A stretch of DNA of 60,028 bases, filler included, from Sphacelaria rigidula (lineage: Eukaryota), in assembly GCA_964200075.2 (NCBI GenBank). It is 10 parts of 10 records of this genome, joined end to end, with 100 filler letters (N's around TTAATTAATTAA, not from the genome) between each part and the next. Parts side by side here need not be neighbours in the genome. Positions count along the whole stretch, not along the records: positions 36,079 to 41,991 come from CAXNAA020023544.1; positions 42,092 to 48,004 come from CAXNAA020023545.1; positions 48,105 to 54,016 come from CAXNAA020023546.1; 7 more parts are not named here. The stretch is one strand, 5' to 3'. Positions 37,358 through 51,300 of the stretch are shown piece after piece. Every line of letters starts with the position of its first letter. Positions within the stretch are counted from its first letter, which is position 1. Below the pieces are notes generated by a model. The model was not told where the DNA came from. It was given only the letters and a program-made list of their open reading frames with translations, and did no database searches. The position numbers and the translations under genes were made by a program.

Positions 37358-40317
37358 CAGTATCATTAGAGCCGAGTAGACCATGTATTTGTTGTGCTTG
37401 GGGGTATAGCAGACTATATGATAGTCTGCCCTCAGGTAGGACTCCCCCAGCTCGTCCAGATGGTCGCACTCGAAAGTCTGTTCACGGCAGCAAACGAGCA
37501 CGAACATACGGGACAAACAGCAACACACAGGACAAGATAACGACAACTTTCATCAGGGTTTTTTGTGGGTCAGACTCCCACATTGCCTTGAGCAAAGCAT
37601 GCACACACTCGAGGCGCCTACCCCACACGACGGCCATGAGACAGTCTGGCCGAGCCTCCGGGTAATCGGCATACGCACCCACTTGCGAAGTAGGTGTTGA
37701 GTCAGGTTCCCTCCTTCCTCGAAATAAAAAAAGGGAGACAAGAGGGAGAGCGGGCGAGGAAACGTACAAGCCAAGCAAGCTGTGGCAGTGCATGTTCGCT
37801 ATATACTTCAGTTATCTATATCCACCATGCTCTAACCGACGTGTGATGAACCGGAAAATGGAAACTGAAACAACCCCAACAGTGGTTGCCCCAACACCTG
37901 ACAAACACAAATGAAGACCGAAAGTGTAGTGCAGCAGCATGAAATACATACACAGCAGCGCGATTCCAGGTGATGCATTACATTGGTCAATCAAAACATG
38001 ACATTCTGTAAAATATCTGGGGGGGGGGGGGGGGGGGGGGGGGGTAAATTAAAATTTACCAAAAATTTTTTTTGTTTTTTTTCCCCTTCATAATTGTGTG
38101 ACAATANNNNNNNNNNTGCCGAGAATTCGCCGATTGAAGGCCAGCATGCTTTCTTGGTGTTTCTTTTTGCGCGGCGGCGGGGTCTTTCTGCGGGGGTAAT
38201 ATTCAAACTTCCAACATATTTCCTTGGTTATTGTTCCACCTCAAATTAGTGACGAAGTAAAGCACGAGTACACAACATGAACAGCACTCATTTTACAGTT
38301 ACTATTTCCAGACAAATTCCGAAGAAAACAAAACAAAACACTGGTTAACATAATGCAGGGGAGTGAGGGTACTTGCAGCACAGAGTATATACAAGTATAT
38401 ATTACAGAATTACTACGGCACTCTACTCTATTCTTGAGTCATACTTTTTTGGCTTTACTCTTATTTCATTCCTCCTTAATATATGTTGCTCCTCAACTGC
38501 TACACACCATTCATCATCACCTAGTTTTATTTTATTTCCTGTTCTACTCTTATCTCGTGTTTGGAACCAATTGACGATTTTTTTGTTGGTGAATCGGCAT
38601 AATTTTCATTCATTTTCAGATCAAATTGACGCCGAATCACAAGGACAAACAAACGTCAACGGAGTCCCAAAGGGTTCATTCTTCATTTTCGTATTTCCTC
38701 ACCTCAAAGACGATGGTCGAAACAGTGGAGTAGAGTAAGAACGTCAGGGTCATAAGCACGCCCATATGCTTCGTGTTGACAACGGACAGCGCCCGAGACT
38801 CCGACATGTTGCCTTCCCCGAATCCATCGTTGGATAGGTGGATCCCCCCGTTGGCAGTTGGCAACCTCGCTGCCCTCACCACTCGATCCCTGAAAATATT
38901 GTTTGAGGAAAGGATCGTGACACACATCACACGTTGTAAGGGGTGGCGGGGTGTTTTGACCAGGCTCGTTTCTACATGAGGAGACATTAGTTGATGCCCT
39001 GAGACCACAGACTAGTCCCGAAGAAGAGAAGGGGTCAAGAGTGTGAAAAGGGGAAGGGGAGGTTAGCGGGTTAACCGTAACCCCGATCCCCCGACTATGG
39101 ATACTTGCTAGACTTCGCTGGGGAGAGTAAATAAAGTGTATTTACTATAAAACAGTCTTCCTCCACCATTTCTACATTTTTCTTTGAACTTTCAGCCACA
39201 TCCCGTTCCTCCAGATGAGCCTGTAGTCTCGACAAGATTTATCAGTCAATCTCACGCCCTGCACACGCCTCACTACTCTGGTATCGCGGGTCAGATCAGC
39301 ACTCCTCCAGCGTCACACCATGGGTCACTTTTTTTCTCTTCATTTTTTTTGCTAATCACGGCTTCACGTTTGCAACGACGGAAAGAATGAAGAGCACCCT
39401 GAATTTCTGCCGCCACTCGGACCCGCGATCTTCCGCCGTGATTGGTTCCACTCGTACCAATTTAATTTAGACCACCAGGACGCGGTATCATATCTTTGCG
39501 TTTCAACGTTTTCACCAAACCACGTCGGTGAATTGACTGAACTTTAGTCCCGCCACATGTGCACATGCATATGTGTTTATGTATGTGGCTGAACGTTTCA
39601 CCTATGAAGCCCTTTGCTTCTTACAGCGATATACTGTACGAGTACACGTTCCATCTTCCCCGTGGGATGACGGTGACGAAAAACATAAATCAGAATCAGT
39701 GTCACTGTACGTATCCTGCGAATCGGAGTCACTCCACGATATATCACAAAGCACATTCTTGTATTTCGAGGCGAGGGGGATTTTTCTTCGGCTCGTCCGT
39801 TTTATCGTGTTGATAGGCGTGTGGCATGCATGCTTCAAGCTCTTTCAATTTTATGAGCTGACGATCACAGGTTTCGTTTTGTTTTTCGATGGCAAGATCG
39901 AACAAGAACAAATATCGCCGCCTTTCCATACCCGCGGTAGACGGCGTTACGATAATCACGTGATAAACCGGACGCTCGCTCCTGGTCTGAATGTTAATTT
40001 TCACGGGATACCACCCACGCTCAGGAGAACTCGCAACCTACGTGCCAATCCAACGAACACAGTCGCTACACATGGTCATCATTCACTCCTTCGCCTAAAA
40101 CATACCTCGCCACCAAGTACGTGCATCCCAGCACACACAGCAGGGCCAGAGGTGCCAAGGTCGTTAACAGCAATCTCCCGTAAAAGTTCACGTCCACCAA
40201 ACACGTCGCCGAAAGAACCCACCCCAGGTCGAGATTCACGAGGTCCACGTAAGAGAGGAATCTCTCGAATACCGCCGGAAATTCGACGCTCGTTATGTCA
40301 GCGTATTGCGTAAGAAT
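37358..40317 (-). CDS. Multi-pass transmembrane protein, partial gene (exons 40317-40106, 38889-38703, 37477-37358); resembles the membrane domain of algal adhesin or 'polymorphic outer membrane protein'-like proteins
   Basis: Three exons with canonical, phase-compatible junctions (0/2, 2/0, 0/0) encode ILTQYADITSVEFPAVFERFLSYVDLVNLDLG..., LTFLLYSTVSTIVFE and TFECDHLDELGESYLRADYHIVCYTPKH. The family assignment is from motif recall only. Confidence 0.78.
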
Positions 40318-40884
40318 CTGTTTTTGGAAGAGAGAGGCAGAGGGAGAGAAAGCGTCCGGGTACATAATTAATTTGATGAGCATTTGACAAAAGTGAGGGC
40401 GAGGCGAAGAAAAAGCAGACAGTAATTTCCCGCTACCCACGTATACGTACGTAGTACACTTGGTTTTCGCTTCATGAACATGCAACGCAATGTTCTTCGA
40501 CCCCTGCGAGGGTGCAAGCTTGTATTTTCGTATTTTGGAAAGTCAACCACCGATGGACAGTCCCGCAGAGAGCTACCTGCGCGCATGATCACGACCTGTC
40601 AGATCGGAGCTTTCCTTTTCCCCCGCACGTTTTAGATCGAAAAATAGTGTGCTATTTGTTTCAAGACACGTCCTCACTCAACTCTCTCACGGGAACAATG
40701 ACCGTAATACATGGCTGTCAAAGACGATCAATAGCGACTCCAACATATTTTTGCAAATAGTTCGTGTTCTCCAACTTCAAGTTTTTTTGCGGCACGTGCA
40801 GGTGTTGATGCACGATTACAGTGTGCGAAGTGCGATGCCTTTTCGCTCCCCCTCCCTCTCTCCTGCCTCGCCCGTGACCTCCGC

Positions 40885-41216
40885 ACCTCTCGGTATGTGT
40901 GGGTGCATCAGCAGGAGTAAGACAGGAGAAACGTCAACACGGGATTTTTTTGTTTTTCCATTTCGTTTATCTAGTACTCCACCTTCCTCCTGCGATGTTT
41001 GTCTTATTTTTTACCGGGAGAACGATTCGGCAGTCCCTTTCCCTCGTCGACCGTGAAGTCGAATTGTTGTGTGCCCACGCCACAGATAGTTGCTCTCCAC
41101 CGTTGAGCACGATGTGAGAAAATAATACCAGATCGTGTGACTCGCACTGAAAATTGAACCCACGTCCTAACCGTCACAGCGTCTCGAGGTTGCCAACTGA
41201 GCCACGGGGGCGACCG
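40885..41216 (-). mobile_element. SINE S1 copy
   Basis: A box TGGCTCAGTTGG (41204-41193), degenerate B box GGTTCAATTT (41160-41151), and body GTCACACGATCTGG...TTCGACTTCACGGTCGACGAGGGAAAGGGACTGC as at 1277-1385. Confidence 0.78.
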
Positions 41217-41904
41217 GCTGTCAACCTGATATTGATGATTGATTGTCGTACATTCACTCAACCGCGACGGACCTAGAGATTAATAGGTGGCACGCCCCAT
41301 ATGACAGCACTATACAGGGACCTCGCACTATACTAGTATAACTCGACTATTCGATATCAGCAATGCGGATCGGACTCAGGGCAAATTATATCGGCCGCTC
41401 CGTTGCATACCCCCTACGGTATATACTCGGTACGTGGTATATCACCGCCTGAAAACAAACCCTGGAAGATGACTTTTCGGTACCCCCAAACGTATCTCAC
41501 CCCGGGAGCCGTACATATTTACACACCGTCACTCACGGTACAATCAAAATATCTTCGGAGTTCGCGCTTTCGTTCACCTGAAACACGACGATGGGGATTT
41601 TCAGTTTGTGCAGCGGAACCTTTTTCATAGCGGCCGCGACGCGGTTATTACAAGGAAGGACTAGCAGCCTCCTATCGTCCGCCGGCTCCCGAACCTGCGT
41701 ACAGACAGGCGGGGGGTGGGAGTGGGAGCTTAGGGCTAGGACAACTAGGGCAGGGATTACGCGTTGACGAAACCAAATATGTATGATGATCATGGACTCG
41801 GTAATGAGTTGAGGGTGCCTTCAGTTTTCTTCTAGTGGGCTGCGGACCTCAGTACGAACGCGATCACCCAAGAAGCTAGCTTCTAGGGCCGCGACTTGTA
41901 TTAG

Positions 41905-41991
41905 GAGGGGAGGGGGAGGGGGGGGGGCGTACTCATTTGTTGCTTGCCTTAGTCGTTTGGCCATTGACCACGCATCGTTTTCGAGACGGTG
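41905..41991 (-). mobile_element. Family B LINE 3'-end copy with a long C-rich tail at the contig end
   Basis: The minus strand reads ...GGCAAGCAACAAATGAGTACGCCCCCCCCCTCCCCCTCCCCTCC. Confidence 0.8.
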
Positions 41992-43330
41992 NNNNNNNNN
42001 NNNNNNNNNNNNNNNNNNNNNNNNNNNNNNNNNNNTTAATTAATTAANNNNNNNNNNNNNNNNNNNNNNNNNNNNNNNNNNNNNNNNNNNNAGATTTTAA
42101 TCCTCCGGGTTCTCATCCTCAATCAAAAGCACCATCCTCAACATAGATGATTGGCTGTTTATTTGTGCAAATAGTAGAATTGGTTGCCATACAAAGTGGT
42201 CTAATATGTGGCGACTGTTCCATCGACGCAGGCGGGGTTTGTGCTTGAGGATATTATGCTGCTTGCTTTGGCGTGCAAGACGAGAAGGGCGGGGGCATCA
42301 TGCCGCAGCCACTTAAACCCATCCCCTACCCGCGAAGGAGGCGATATTGCCGTGCACAGCGGTGGGGCGGTTTAACAACGACATAACGACTTCAGACGTT
42401 GTCGGCCACGGCAGGGGGCAGCGAAAAAACAAATTCAGGACAGGTAGGCCCCAAGATCGAAAATTCGAGTTTTTGAGGAAGGGTAGGGGTAGGGGGGAAG
42501 ACACCCAGCCGTGTGTCCCCTGATTTTTGCCGAAGCGTTGACGGATGCGGTCAGCTGCCGTAGACAGTAGAGATCCTTATATATTATGTATTTTATACTA
42601 TATATCATATATCATATATCATATATGTATAATATATTATATAGGTACATGTATCATTTTACATGTTTCACCACTTTTGCCGAGTTTTCTGTGGCGGCAA
42701 GGCATCTTATCATGCGCTTTCTTTTGCAGTGCACGAAGAAGGCGCAGCGGTACATTTCCTTTCAGGTTTGGGTGTAATCTGATACCTGTGGCGCGTATTC
42801 TGGCCATCGAAAGTCGCCCGCACTGGCTCTTTTTCGCGGGGTGTCGATCCCGAACCACAAAAGCCTTCTCAAGTTCATATAAAATTTCAAGCAGCAGGAT
42901 GATTGTTGGCGGGGTATTTTTCCCCCGTGTTTCTCTTCGTCGAGTTTTCGTTCATTTGGAAGCACGAGGACACCGTCTATGCCGCCGATGTCACGAGAAC
43001 ATGAGAGCAAAGCAGCTGAAAGCAATTGAACACTGCCTTGGCCTAAGTCAGCAGCAAACACCGGACCGTGCGGTGAGCCTTTGACGAATTGAACAAGTCG
43101 CACACGTGGGAAAACGCCCTTACTGTGGGTCACCTGTATTGACCAGCAAAGGGGGGCGGTGCCGAAATCCCTGTGATCATGCAACCCGTAACAGAGAGTT
43201 CCCTCACAGGATACACCTGTGAAGGACAGGCGGAGGGATGTCCTTGTGACAGGGGTGACAGGTTCGTCTTTGTGACAGGGATGACAGGGAGAATCATACA
43301 AGTACGCACCTCATGTATCTTTCGACGGCT

Positions 43331-46300
43331 TGGTACTGTATTTTCAGTAAAAGTCAAGCGTTACTTTGCTTGTAGATTTCTCCGCTGTGTCTGAACGAAC
43401 CCGCCTGAAAATTGGCACATAGGTGGACCACAACACAGACATCATATTCCCGCATCGGTGGCACGATTTACGTGGTGCGCCAGACGCACGAAGTGAATGC
43501 GGATTTCGGGCAATGCCATCGATACGCCCGCAAAACGGACTCCCCTCGGCCCAGACTGTTTGAGACGTCAGTGAATGCATATTTGGACACGCAGATGCAC
43601 TCACTTCCACATCATAACCTGCTGGGTGCGGCGACGGATATCCTCACGATGACTCTCTACTCCCTCCTCAACAGGTTTGTTCGAAGTATTCGTGGACTAG
43701 CCTCGACAAGTCACAGAGTAGTCCGTGTTCGGGAGGCGCGGGAGACGGGGAGGGGCTACACACGGACACGTCATCTTCTCGCGCAAACTCTGTCGTATCT
43801 CCACCTACCCCTCCTCCATCGTACTGTCGTTTGAACCCTGATTTGTCTTAGGTCTCTCGTACCATACTCTGATCCTGCGGGGGGGTGGTGGCTACTGCTT
43901 TGCCTTTGGTTTGTAGCCAAATGATGCCAAGCCGTAGGTTTCAGTATAATCGCATGCATGATTGGAGCAGTAGCATGGGAAAGGGGATCCAGGATTGATG
44001 ACCCTTATCTGTGTGGCCCCTTGCTGTTAGCTCATGATGTGGTATGTTTCTGGATCACTCCGTGATAATAACAAGTGAGAAGAAAAGACTTGTTCAGCAT
44101 GAGGCCAGTGCTACTGGAGGAGTCCCTCGTGGATAGTTCTCTTGTCCAGATTGTCTGGCAGAGGCTACAATATCTTGATATTCTTCCGGCACTCTTTTAG
44201 AGGAGTTTTGGCTGAGGAGAGATTGGGCTGCAGCTTGGAGCCCGTTCAGCCCGCAGACAGGAGGGGCAGCCTGAAGCGCACAGCATTGGGAGAACGCTCC
44301 ATGAGCTGGAGGACGCACAAGTCAGGCAAGAGTATCTCCGTCAAGTATTTTAGGTTTAGACGACATGGCTCAAGCGGCGGCAGCGCCGCTGGTGTCAGGT
44401 GAGCCATTATAGCCGCCAAAGTAGGGTAAAAAGTATGGACCGAGGAAGTATCACGGTTTCTTTTTGCAAAATACGTTGAATACCTACAGCGGTGGAGTCT
44501 AGTGATTTCAGAAGGGATCATACGGCGTGAGAGGGTGAGCAGAGGTCAACTTATCCCTACATACATTCACCGCTGCTTCGAAGACATGTACAAGGACGGT
44601 CGGGCTATAACCCCCGATGAATTGCCTGATGCTGTGAAGCAGCATGCCGGGTATACTACAACCGGTGGAAAGCATGACGCTACGCGGGCTGCAGCAAACC
44701 TGCGTAGTACTTACAATAAAGCAGAGCGATGGAAAGTCCGTGAAGGATCGTGCTATGATTGTTAGCTCAGACATAAAACGGTGTTTTGCTGAAACTCTGA
44801 TAGTGCAAGCAATGTACCGTGCGGAGGACAGGAGTTGGTTGCCTGGCCTGGCCGAGTCGGAGTCCATAGCTTCGGTGGATGGGATTTCGCCCCTGGAATT
44901 CAAGGCATATGTTATAAGTGTACTAACGTACGTTGATGGCTGGAAAAAGAACCCGACGGTGGTGTTAAAAAACATATTTGAGGCGGCCGACTAGTGGAAG
45001 TATATTGAAGCACATGGCCGGCGCGACTCTGCAACAAGTGCAGGTGGTATGCGCCGCAAACAGCAACAGCAAGAGAAACAGCAGCCGTCTTCGCGAGATT
45101 CGTCCACTCGCGCGTGTTACAACTGCGGCGACACCGGACATGTGATCAAGGACTGCCCCAAGCCTCGCGCTCAAGGCGCTGCACAGGGCAATGCACGAGG
45201 TTTATCAGGATCTCGGGGCGGTCGTCACGGTGGACGGGGCCGTGCCAATCAGAGACGCGGGCGCGGCGGCCGCGGTAGCAAGCAATCGGTGGGGTTTGGT
45301 GGTACCCCCACTGCCGTTTTTTCCACTACGTCATCAGGTGGTGACTCTGGATCTTATGGTTCGTCCGTAGCGGGGCGGACAGTGTACGTGGGAAACGCAA
45401 ATACTTCGGTGGGGAGTGCTGTAGCGAATAGCTCGCAACCCATCGGCCAGGCAGGATCCGTGTTTGGTGCATTCCCTACAGCTGCGACGGCTGTAACAGC
45501 GCCGTGTGCATATTCAGCGACTTGGTCTGGTTGGACCGACGATTCGCAGTTATCGATGCCAAGTGTTGGAGGGCAGCCCTGGCGTCAGGTGAGTCTTGGG
45601 ACAGAACAGGGTTATTCGGCAGGCGTGGTACCTGTCGATCGCAAGGGTGAATGCTTACGCGCAGATTTAGCTTGGCCTGGTTCTGTAGGTTCGTTCATGG
45701 CCCGCGTTATTGTGGATTCTAGGTCCTCTCTCACGTCGATCGGTGTGGGGTTGCTGAGCACATGTCTTCGCAGTTTGGCGGCGCTCCGCTTCTGATTCTG
45801 TTTGAAACCGGACCGCAAACGGCGCAGACCGCCACGGGTCTCCTGTGACGGTTACACACCAAACAGTACCAATTGATGTTGGCGTGCGTACGCCTTGGGG
45901 GGCTGTGCAGTTGCAGCCCATTACTTTCGCAGCATGCCTGGTAGGGACAACGTGGTTCTATTTGGGATGGCGACAATCAAGGAACTCGGGATTGATCTGT
46001 ATCCGCTGGCGTTGGAGAAGTTACGTCCGCGTGCTGTGCCGGTGCAAACCGGCGTGAAAAACCCCAGTTACCTTGCTGCAAGGCGTGTGCTCGTATCCAT
46101 ACGGTCATTCCAGAGAAAAAATGAGGAGGAGGCTTCTGCTGATGAAGCGGCAGAGCGCTTGGTCGATCGGGGGCCTGATATGTTGATGGACCCAGCAGAG
46201 GAGAGAGGTGCACGGGAACGTGCGCTTGCGAATAGTGTGCGGCAGGCCGACCAGAAGGGCCTGAGCGCCGATGGCGCACATTTTCTGCGCGATATTTTGG

Positions 46301-48004
46301 CTCGCCACGTAGATACATTTCGCCGTGCGCTGCGTGGTGATCTGCCAGCGCGCGTTGAGCCCATGAGGGCGCAGCTTAAGCCCCAGGCAAATGCGGTGAA
46401 GGCCAAGCCCAGACGCTACGATCCTGTGAAGACCGGGTGGCTTGCCTCAGGCATCGCAGCTTTGGTGGCGTTTGGTTTAAGTGGTGAGGAACATCCAGTC
46501 TGTGTGGGCGAGTCCGGCGATGGCGGTGCCGGAAAGGGACACGTTCCGTTTGGTCAGCGACTATCATGCGGTGAACGCGCAAGTGGAACAGTCTCCGGGG
46601 GTGATGCCAAGCCAAGAAGGCATGCAGGAGTTTCTGGGAGCCCAATGCTCCGGCAAGTTGGACCTGCTACAGGGGTATTGGCAGATGCCTCTGGCGCCCG
46701 AGGCTCAGGAAATCTTCACGATCGTCAGGCCGGACGGTTTGTTTACGCCTACTCGTGCCCCGCAGGGCGTGTTGAACGCCACGGCATATTTCCAAGGTGT
46801 GCTGACTGACATTTTGCGAGGTCTGATATTTTGCGAGGTCTACATTGTAAAGTGTGGGTGGATGACGTTTTCTATTTTGCTGAAACCGAAGAAGCACTGT
46901 TAGCTTTGCTTGACGAAATTCTTGGCCGCTTTGGAGAGTGTTGGTCTGTTCGTCGCTGCGCATAAGTGTACGTTTTTCGCACGCGAAGTGGTTTGGTGTG
47001 GTGAGGTGTACTCCAAGGGTACTGTTTCGCATGATCCCGTCCGTATTCAAGGTTTGAGCAATATGCGGCGTCCTCAAAACGCTAGTGAGATGATGCATTT
47101 TCTGCAGGCGGTGAATTGGTTGCGGACTTCGCTCCCGCGCATGACGGAATTAGTTGCTCCGATTCGAGTATTTCTGGAACAACTCATGGCCGGGGCTTCG
47201 CGTCGGACCAAGCGGGTGGCGCGTAGTCGCACCATTCCCGAGGACGCTTGGACGGGGGATCGTGTGCGGGCATGGCGTGCTGCACAAGATTTGGTGGCTT
47301 GAGCGGTGCCGCTGTATCATCCTCGTCCAGGGTGCGTTGTACTCATGTTTCCGGATGGTTCGGATATTCACTGGGGTAGTTTTTTTACGCAAGTGCCTGT
47401 CGCAGAGTTTAGTAGTGGCATTGCGCTTGAAAACATGTCGCACGAACCGTTGGCTTTTCTAAGTGGTAGTTTTCACAACTGCGGTGGGCGACAGTGGACC
47501 AGGAAGGTTTCGCGATAGTCTACACATTTCGAAGGCTAGAGTACTTGCTTTGGGGTGGTGTCCGCATTTTCACCAATCATCGCAATCTTAAGAACAATTT
47601 GAACCCCGAAGGATGTGTCATATCGGTGACGAAGGCCATGACGCAAGGGCTTGAAAATTGGGGAGGAGTGCTCGGCCGATATCGGTATGCCATTGAAGAC
47701 ATTCCTGGAGAGCGCAATTGTTGGAGAGGTTTGTTGTCCCGCCGGTTGAAGATTCCTACCGTGCCTGTCCTTTCTGTTACCGTGTACAGCCCGTGTGATG
47801 CCGATGATTCGCTGCCCTCGTTAGATGTCATTCGTACCGCGCAGCGCAAAACAGTCGGCGACGGTGTTCATTCTTTTCCTACGACTTTCGGTCAAGCTGC
47901 CTTGGCTGACGATGGTTTGCTTCGCGTGCGTGTTGGTAGTAGTGATGTTTCGTGGATTCCGTCGGATGATATGGCTTTACAAACTCGCTTGATGGTGTGC
48001 GCTC
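43331..48004 (+). mobile_element. Degenerate Ty3/gypsy LTR retrotransposon (gag-PR-RT-RNase H-start of IN), cut by the contig end; candidate 5' LTR at 43331-43864
   Basis: Zinc knuckle CYNCGDTGHVIKDC (45115-45156), protease IVDSRSSLTSI...VVLFGMATIKELGI, RT FRLVSDYHAVN, GKLDLLQGYWQMPL, PQGVLNATAYFQ and WVDD (46855-46866), RNase H MFPDGSD, EGFAIV, IFTNHRNL and IPGERNC. Multiple frameshifts. The LTR call rests only on TGGTAC...GTACCA ends. Confidence 0.88.
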
Positions 48005-48313
48005 NNNNNNNNNNNNNNNNNNNNNNNNNNNNNNNNNNNNNNNNNNNNTTAATTAATTAANNNNNNNNNNNNNNNNNNNNNNNNNNNNNNNNNNNNNNNN
48101 NNNNCCCCAGACAAAGCGTGCCCATCCATTCGTGGATCCCCCCCCCCCCCGCGGAAGACAGTCATCGGGGCCCCCCCCCCCCCCCCTCTCCCTCGTGACA
48201 ATTCCTAGCGCGCACCCCAACGATAATATCATGTCCTCCGTCCTCCCTTCCGCGCCCCCTCTCGCCTGCTTCTCCCCTCCTGTACTTGCGCACCTCGTGC
48301 CCCCAAAACTCAG

Positions 48314-51300
48314 GAGTCAACGATATGAGCATGTCCGAATGGGCTCGCTCCTTGCACCGCGCCTGGTCGGCCGCCCTAATCCTTCAGTCGCGCAGCGGCG
48401 GAGGCGGCGATGCTGGCGGCAGAGCGAGGGTCGCGGGCCAAGAAGACGGTGGTGGTTGTGCTGAGCCGTCGGCGGCCGCGGCGGCAACAGAAAGCAGCGC
48501 TGCCGATGATTGGCTTCGCGCGAGACTGAGCATGCCCGTGTGGCCATTTGCGTCGGATATGCGGGCGGGGGGAGACGAGGGATCGGAGTGGTTCGGAGGC
48601 GAGGCGCGTGACCGTTGGGAGTGCACGGAAGGGGGCGACGGCGGATATGCCATGTGGAGGATCCCTGCAGTCGATTGTGCCTGGCAAGGTGGGTTGTAAG
48701 CGCTGGGCTCATGAGGGCCTGGATCGCGGGTGTTCGTTTGTTTGAGTAGGTGGCGTTTTTATGTTGCTCACGTGATGTCGTGGAGCAAGCGGTCTACTTA
48801 TCCCACGGTGCTATGGACCGACTCATTGGTACAGCAGACAAGGATCCCTCTCGCCCATGTTCACGCGTGAACTCGGCACCGTTTCTTGAGGTGTTGCACG
48901 CATCCGTGCAAGACTTGCACCTGGGTGATAGCTCTAGCGTGTGGCCTTCAGCCGTGACGATGGAACACATCGTTCGACTGCAAAGTTGGCTCCGAGCACA
49001 GTCAAGGTTGTACCGTTTCCTGTGTCTTGCCGTCAGGCTTATCCTTCAAGGGCGTGATTTCGCTTCTCCTGCGACCTTCAGATGCCCTGCATTTTTCATC
49101 ACTTCCTGCCCTAGTTAAAAGTTGGTTCCGTCTGATTCCAGGTGAGGAATTAGTGGAACAGCTGATGGAGGCAGGCGCGGCTTGCGTGGCGGCCAGAGCA
49201 CTCCTTGCAGCTTCCGCTCGACACCTCGTCATCCACAACGAGAACGCTTCCGGTAGAAGCGGATCGACGGCCGACTCTACATCTTCTTCCACAAGACACG
49301 CCGCGGCCGCCGCCGCCGCCGAAGCCAACACCACCCTCCTCTCCGATCTGTCGTGGCGTTATCTGGAAATGGGCGCGCGGGGTACTGTTTGCGTGGAAGC
49401 CCTTCGACGGGCGGCGAGGGCGATCATGCCCTCTACCGTCCGCCGCGGCAGAGGCGGTCGACAGGACACAGACAAGGGTGGGAACGCGAGGGGGGGTGGG
49501 GCGGGAGCCGGTGTGGTGGCGGAGCAAGTGGAGGAGGCTGCTGCTAGCCTCGAAGGCGGACTAGCTACAGGTGAGCGGAAATTCCAAGGGTTGTGTCTTT
49601 GCGTTTTGGGGCTATCGGCGGCATTTCTGGACTACAATTTAGTAATGGAAATTGATTCGGTTAACGTCTGATGGGATCGGGATCGCCACTTACAAGTATG
49701 TGCTACAGTGTTGAGCAGTCTTGTACCGTATTGGTACTGGTTGGTCGTGTGTGGTAGTCTTGGCGATACATGTTGATCTCTCGAAATAGTGCGGGGTGTG
49801 TCTTGGCGTGTGCCTTGCTTCTTCCAGGTGCGATATGCTCGTGGTCGAAACGCCGCGCGTCTTTCCATCCGCTCGTCATCCACGTCCTCCTCCGGAATTC
49901 CGATTCACGCAGAGCACCCCCTCTGTTGCTCGCTGCGCTGACGTTCATTGCCGTGACATGGGCTCGCGTGCATCTCCGTTCACTCGAAATTTGGTGCGCA
50001 TCAACCCCTCTATTTTTATTCCTGTGCTCGACGGTCAACTTCGCTTTCCATGCTTCCACATTTTGATGCCGCTGGTACTTGTATTTTCGAAACCAAAGCG
50101 ATACTTCTGGAACCACATTGTTTTGTTCTCTAACCGTGCTGCGGTGCGTTTGTGTGTCTAATGGCAGAGCTGATACCGCCGGAGTGCTTATGCCGACTGA
50201 TGAATACCTCACTGGAAACCCGAGTAGCCTTCACGACAAGCACGGAGGAACCGCCCACCGAGGCACCTAGTTCATCCACCAGAAAAACTACGACGCGTAC
50301 CAGCCAGTCCACGGTGACTGGCAGATCGGCGACGTCCATGAATATGAAACAAGGCGAAGGCGAGCGCGGGTCTACGCAATCTTTCGCCGACCCTTCGCTT
50401 GCTCTGGTGGCGTACACAGAGCTCTTAAGGACGGTTACGAGATGGTTGGACGATGATGACTCCAACGCCACCGCCGCGATAAGGGATGATTCACGTGCCG
50501 CTGCCGCTGCTGCTAGTGCTGCGGGGAGGGGATGGGCGGGGGTGCGGGCCATGGATATCGGGGCGTTAATCCGGTAAACGTTTGACTAGATTTTTGTCGA
50601 AAGTGTTGTGGTGTTGGAGCTTAAGGCGGAAAGGAAGGAGGCCACATCAGGACATGCTCGGCACATGATTGATTTTATTTGTTTTCGCACATAAATGGAT
50701 CCCCCAGGTAGTCATGATCCAGGCATGGTCATTATCCAAATGATAGGTCATTATCCACCCGATAGGCGTACCCGAGATAAAGTGAATGAACAGAAAGGTG
50801 GACCAGGCACAAAGAGTAGACTGCCAACAAAAACCCCGAACAACCAAGGACAAAAATAACCAAAAAAGCATGCCATCAAAACAAGCTCAATCATGCCAGA
50901 AATATGATTTACAGAACGCTAGAGTACTGTTCGAGTAGTCGTGCTCGCGAAAATCGTATACAGTGCATCTTACTTCTTTTCTCTCCGAATCTACGCTCGT
51001 TTTTTTGCCACAACCGCCAACCTCCGAACCTCTGACCAGCTCGCCTTGTTCTCGGTGTCGTTCGTATCCTGTCACGCAGCGGGGCCGTGGCGTGCAGCAA
51101 GGCTCTGCCCATCCTCCGCAAAGAGCAAGCCTTATGGAAGCTCAAACACTCCGCTGGGCACATGCCGACCACAGAGCAGAAATCACAAGTTGTCGGTAAC
51201 AAAAGGAATAGCAACAGTAAGAACAGGCGGAGACTCCAACCAAAAATTGACGGCAAACGACGGGCTGAACTCGGTGGCCACGGCGGCAGTGCCTCTAGCA

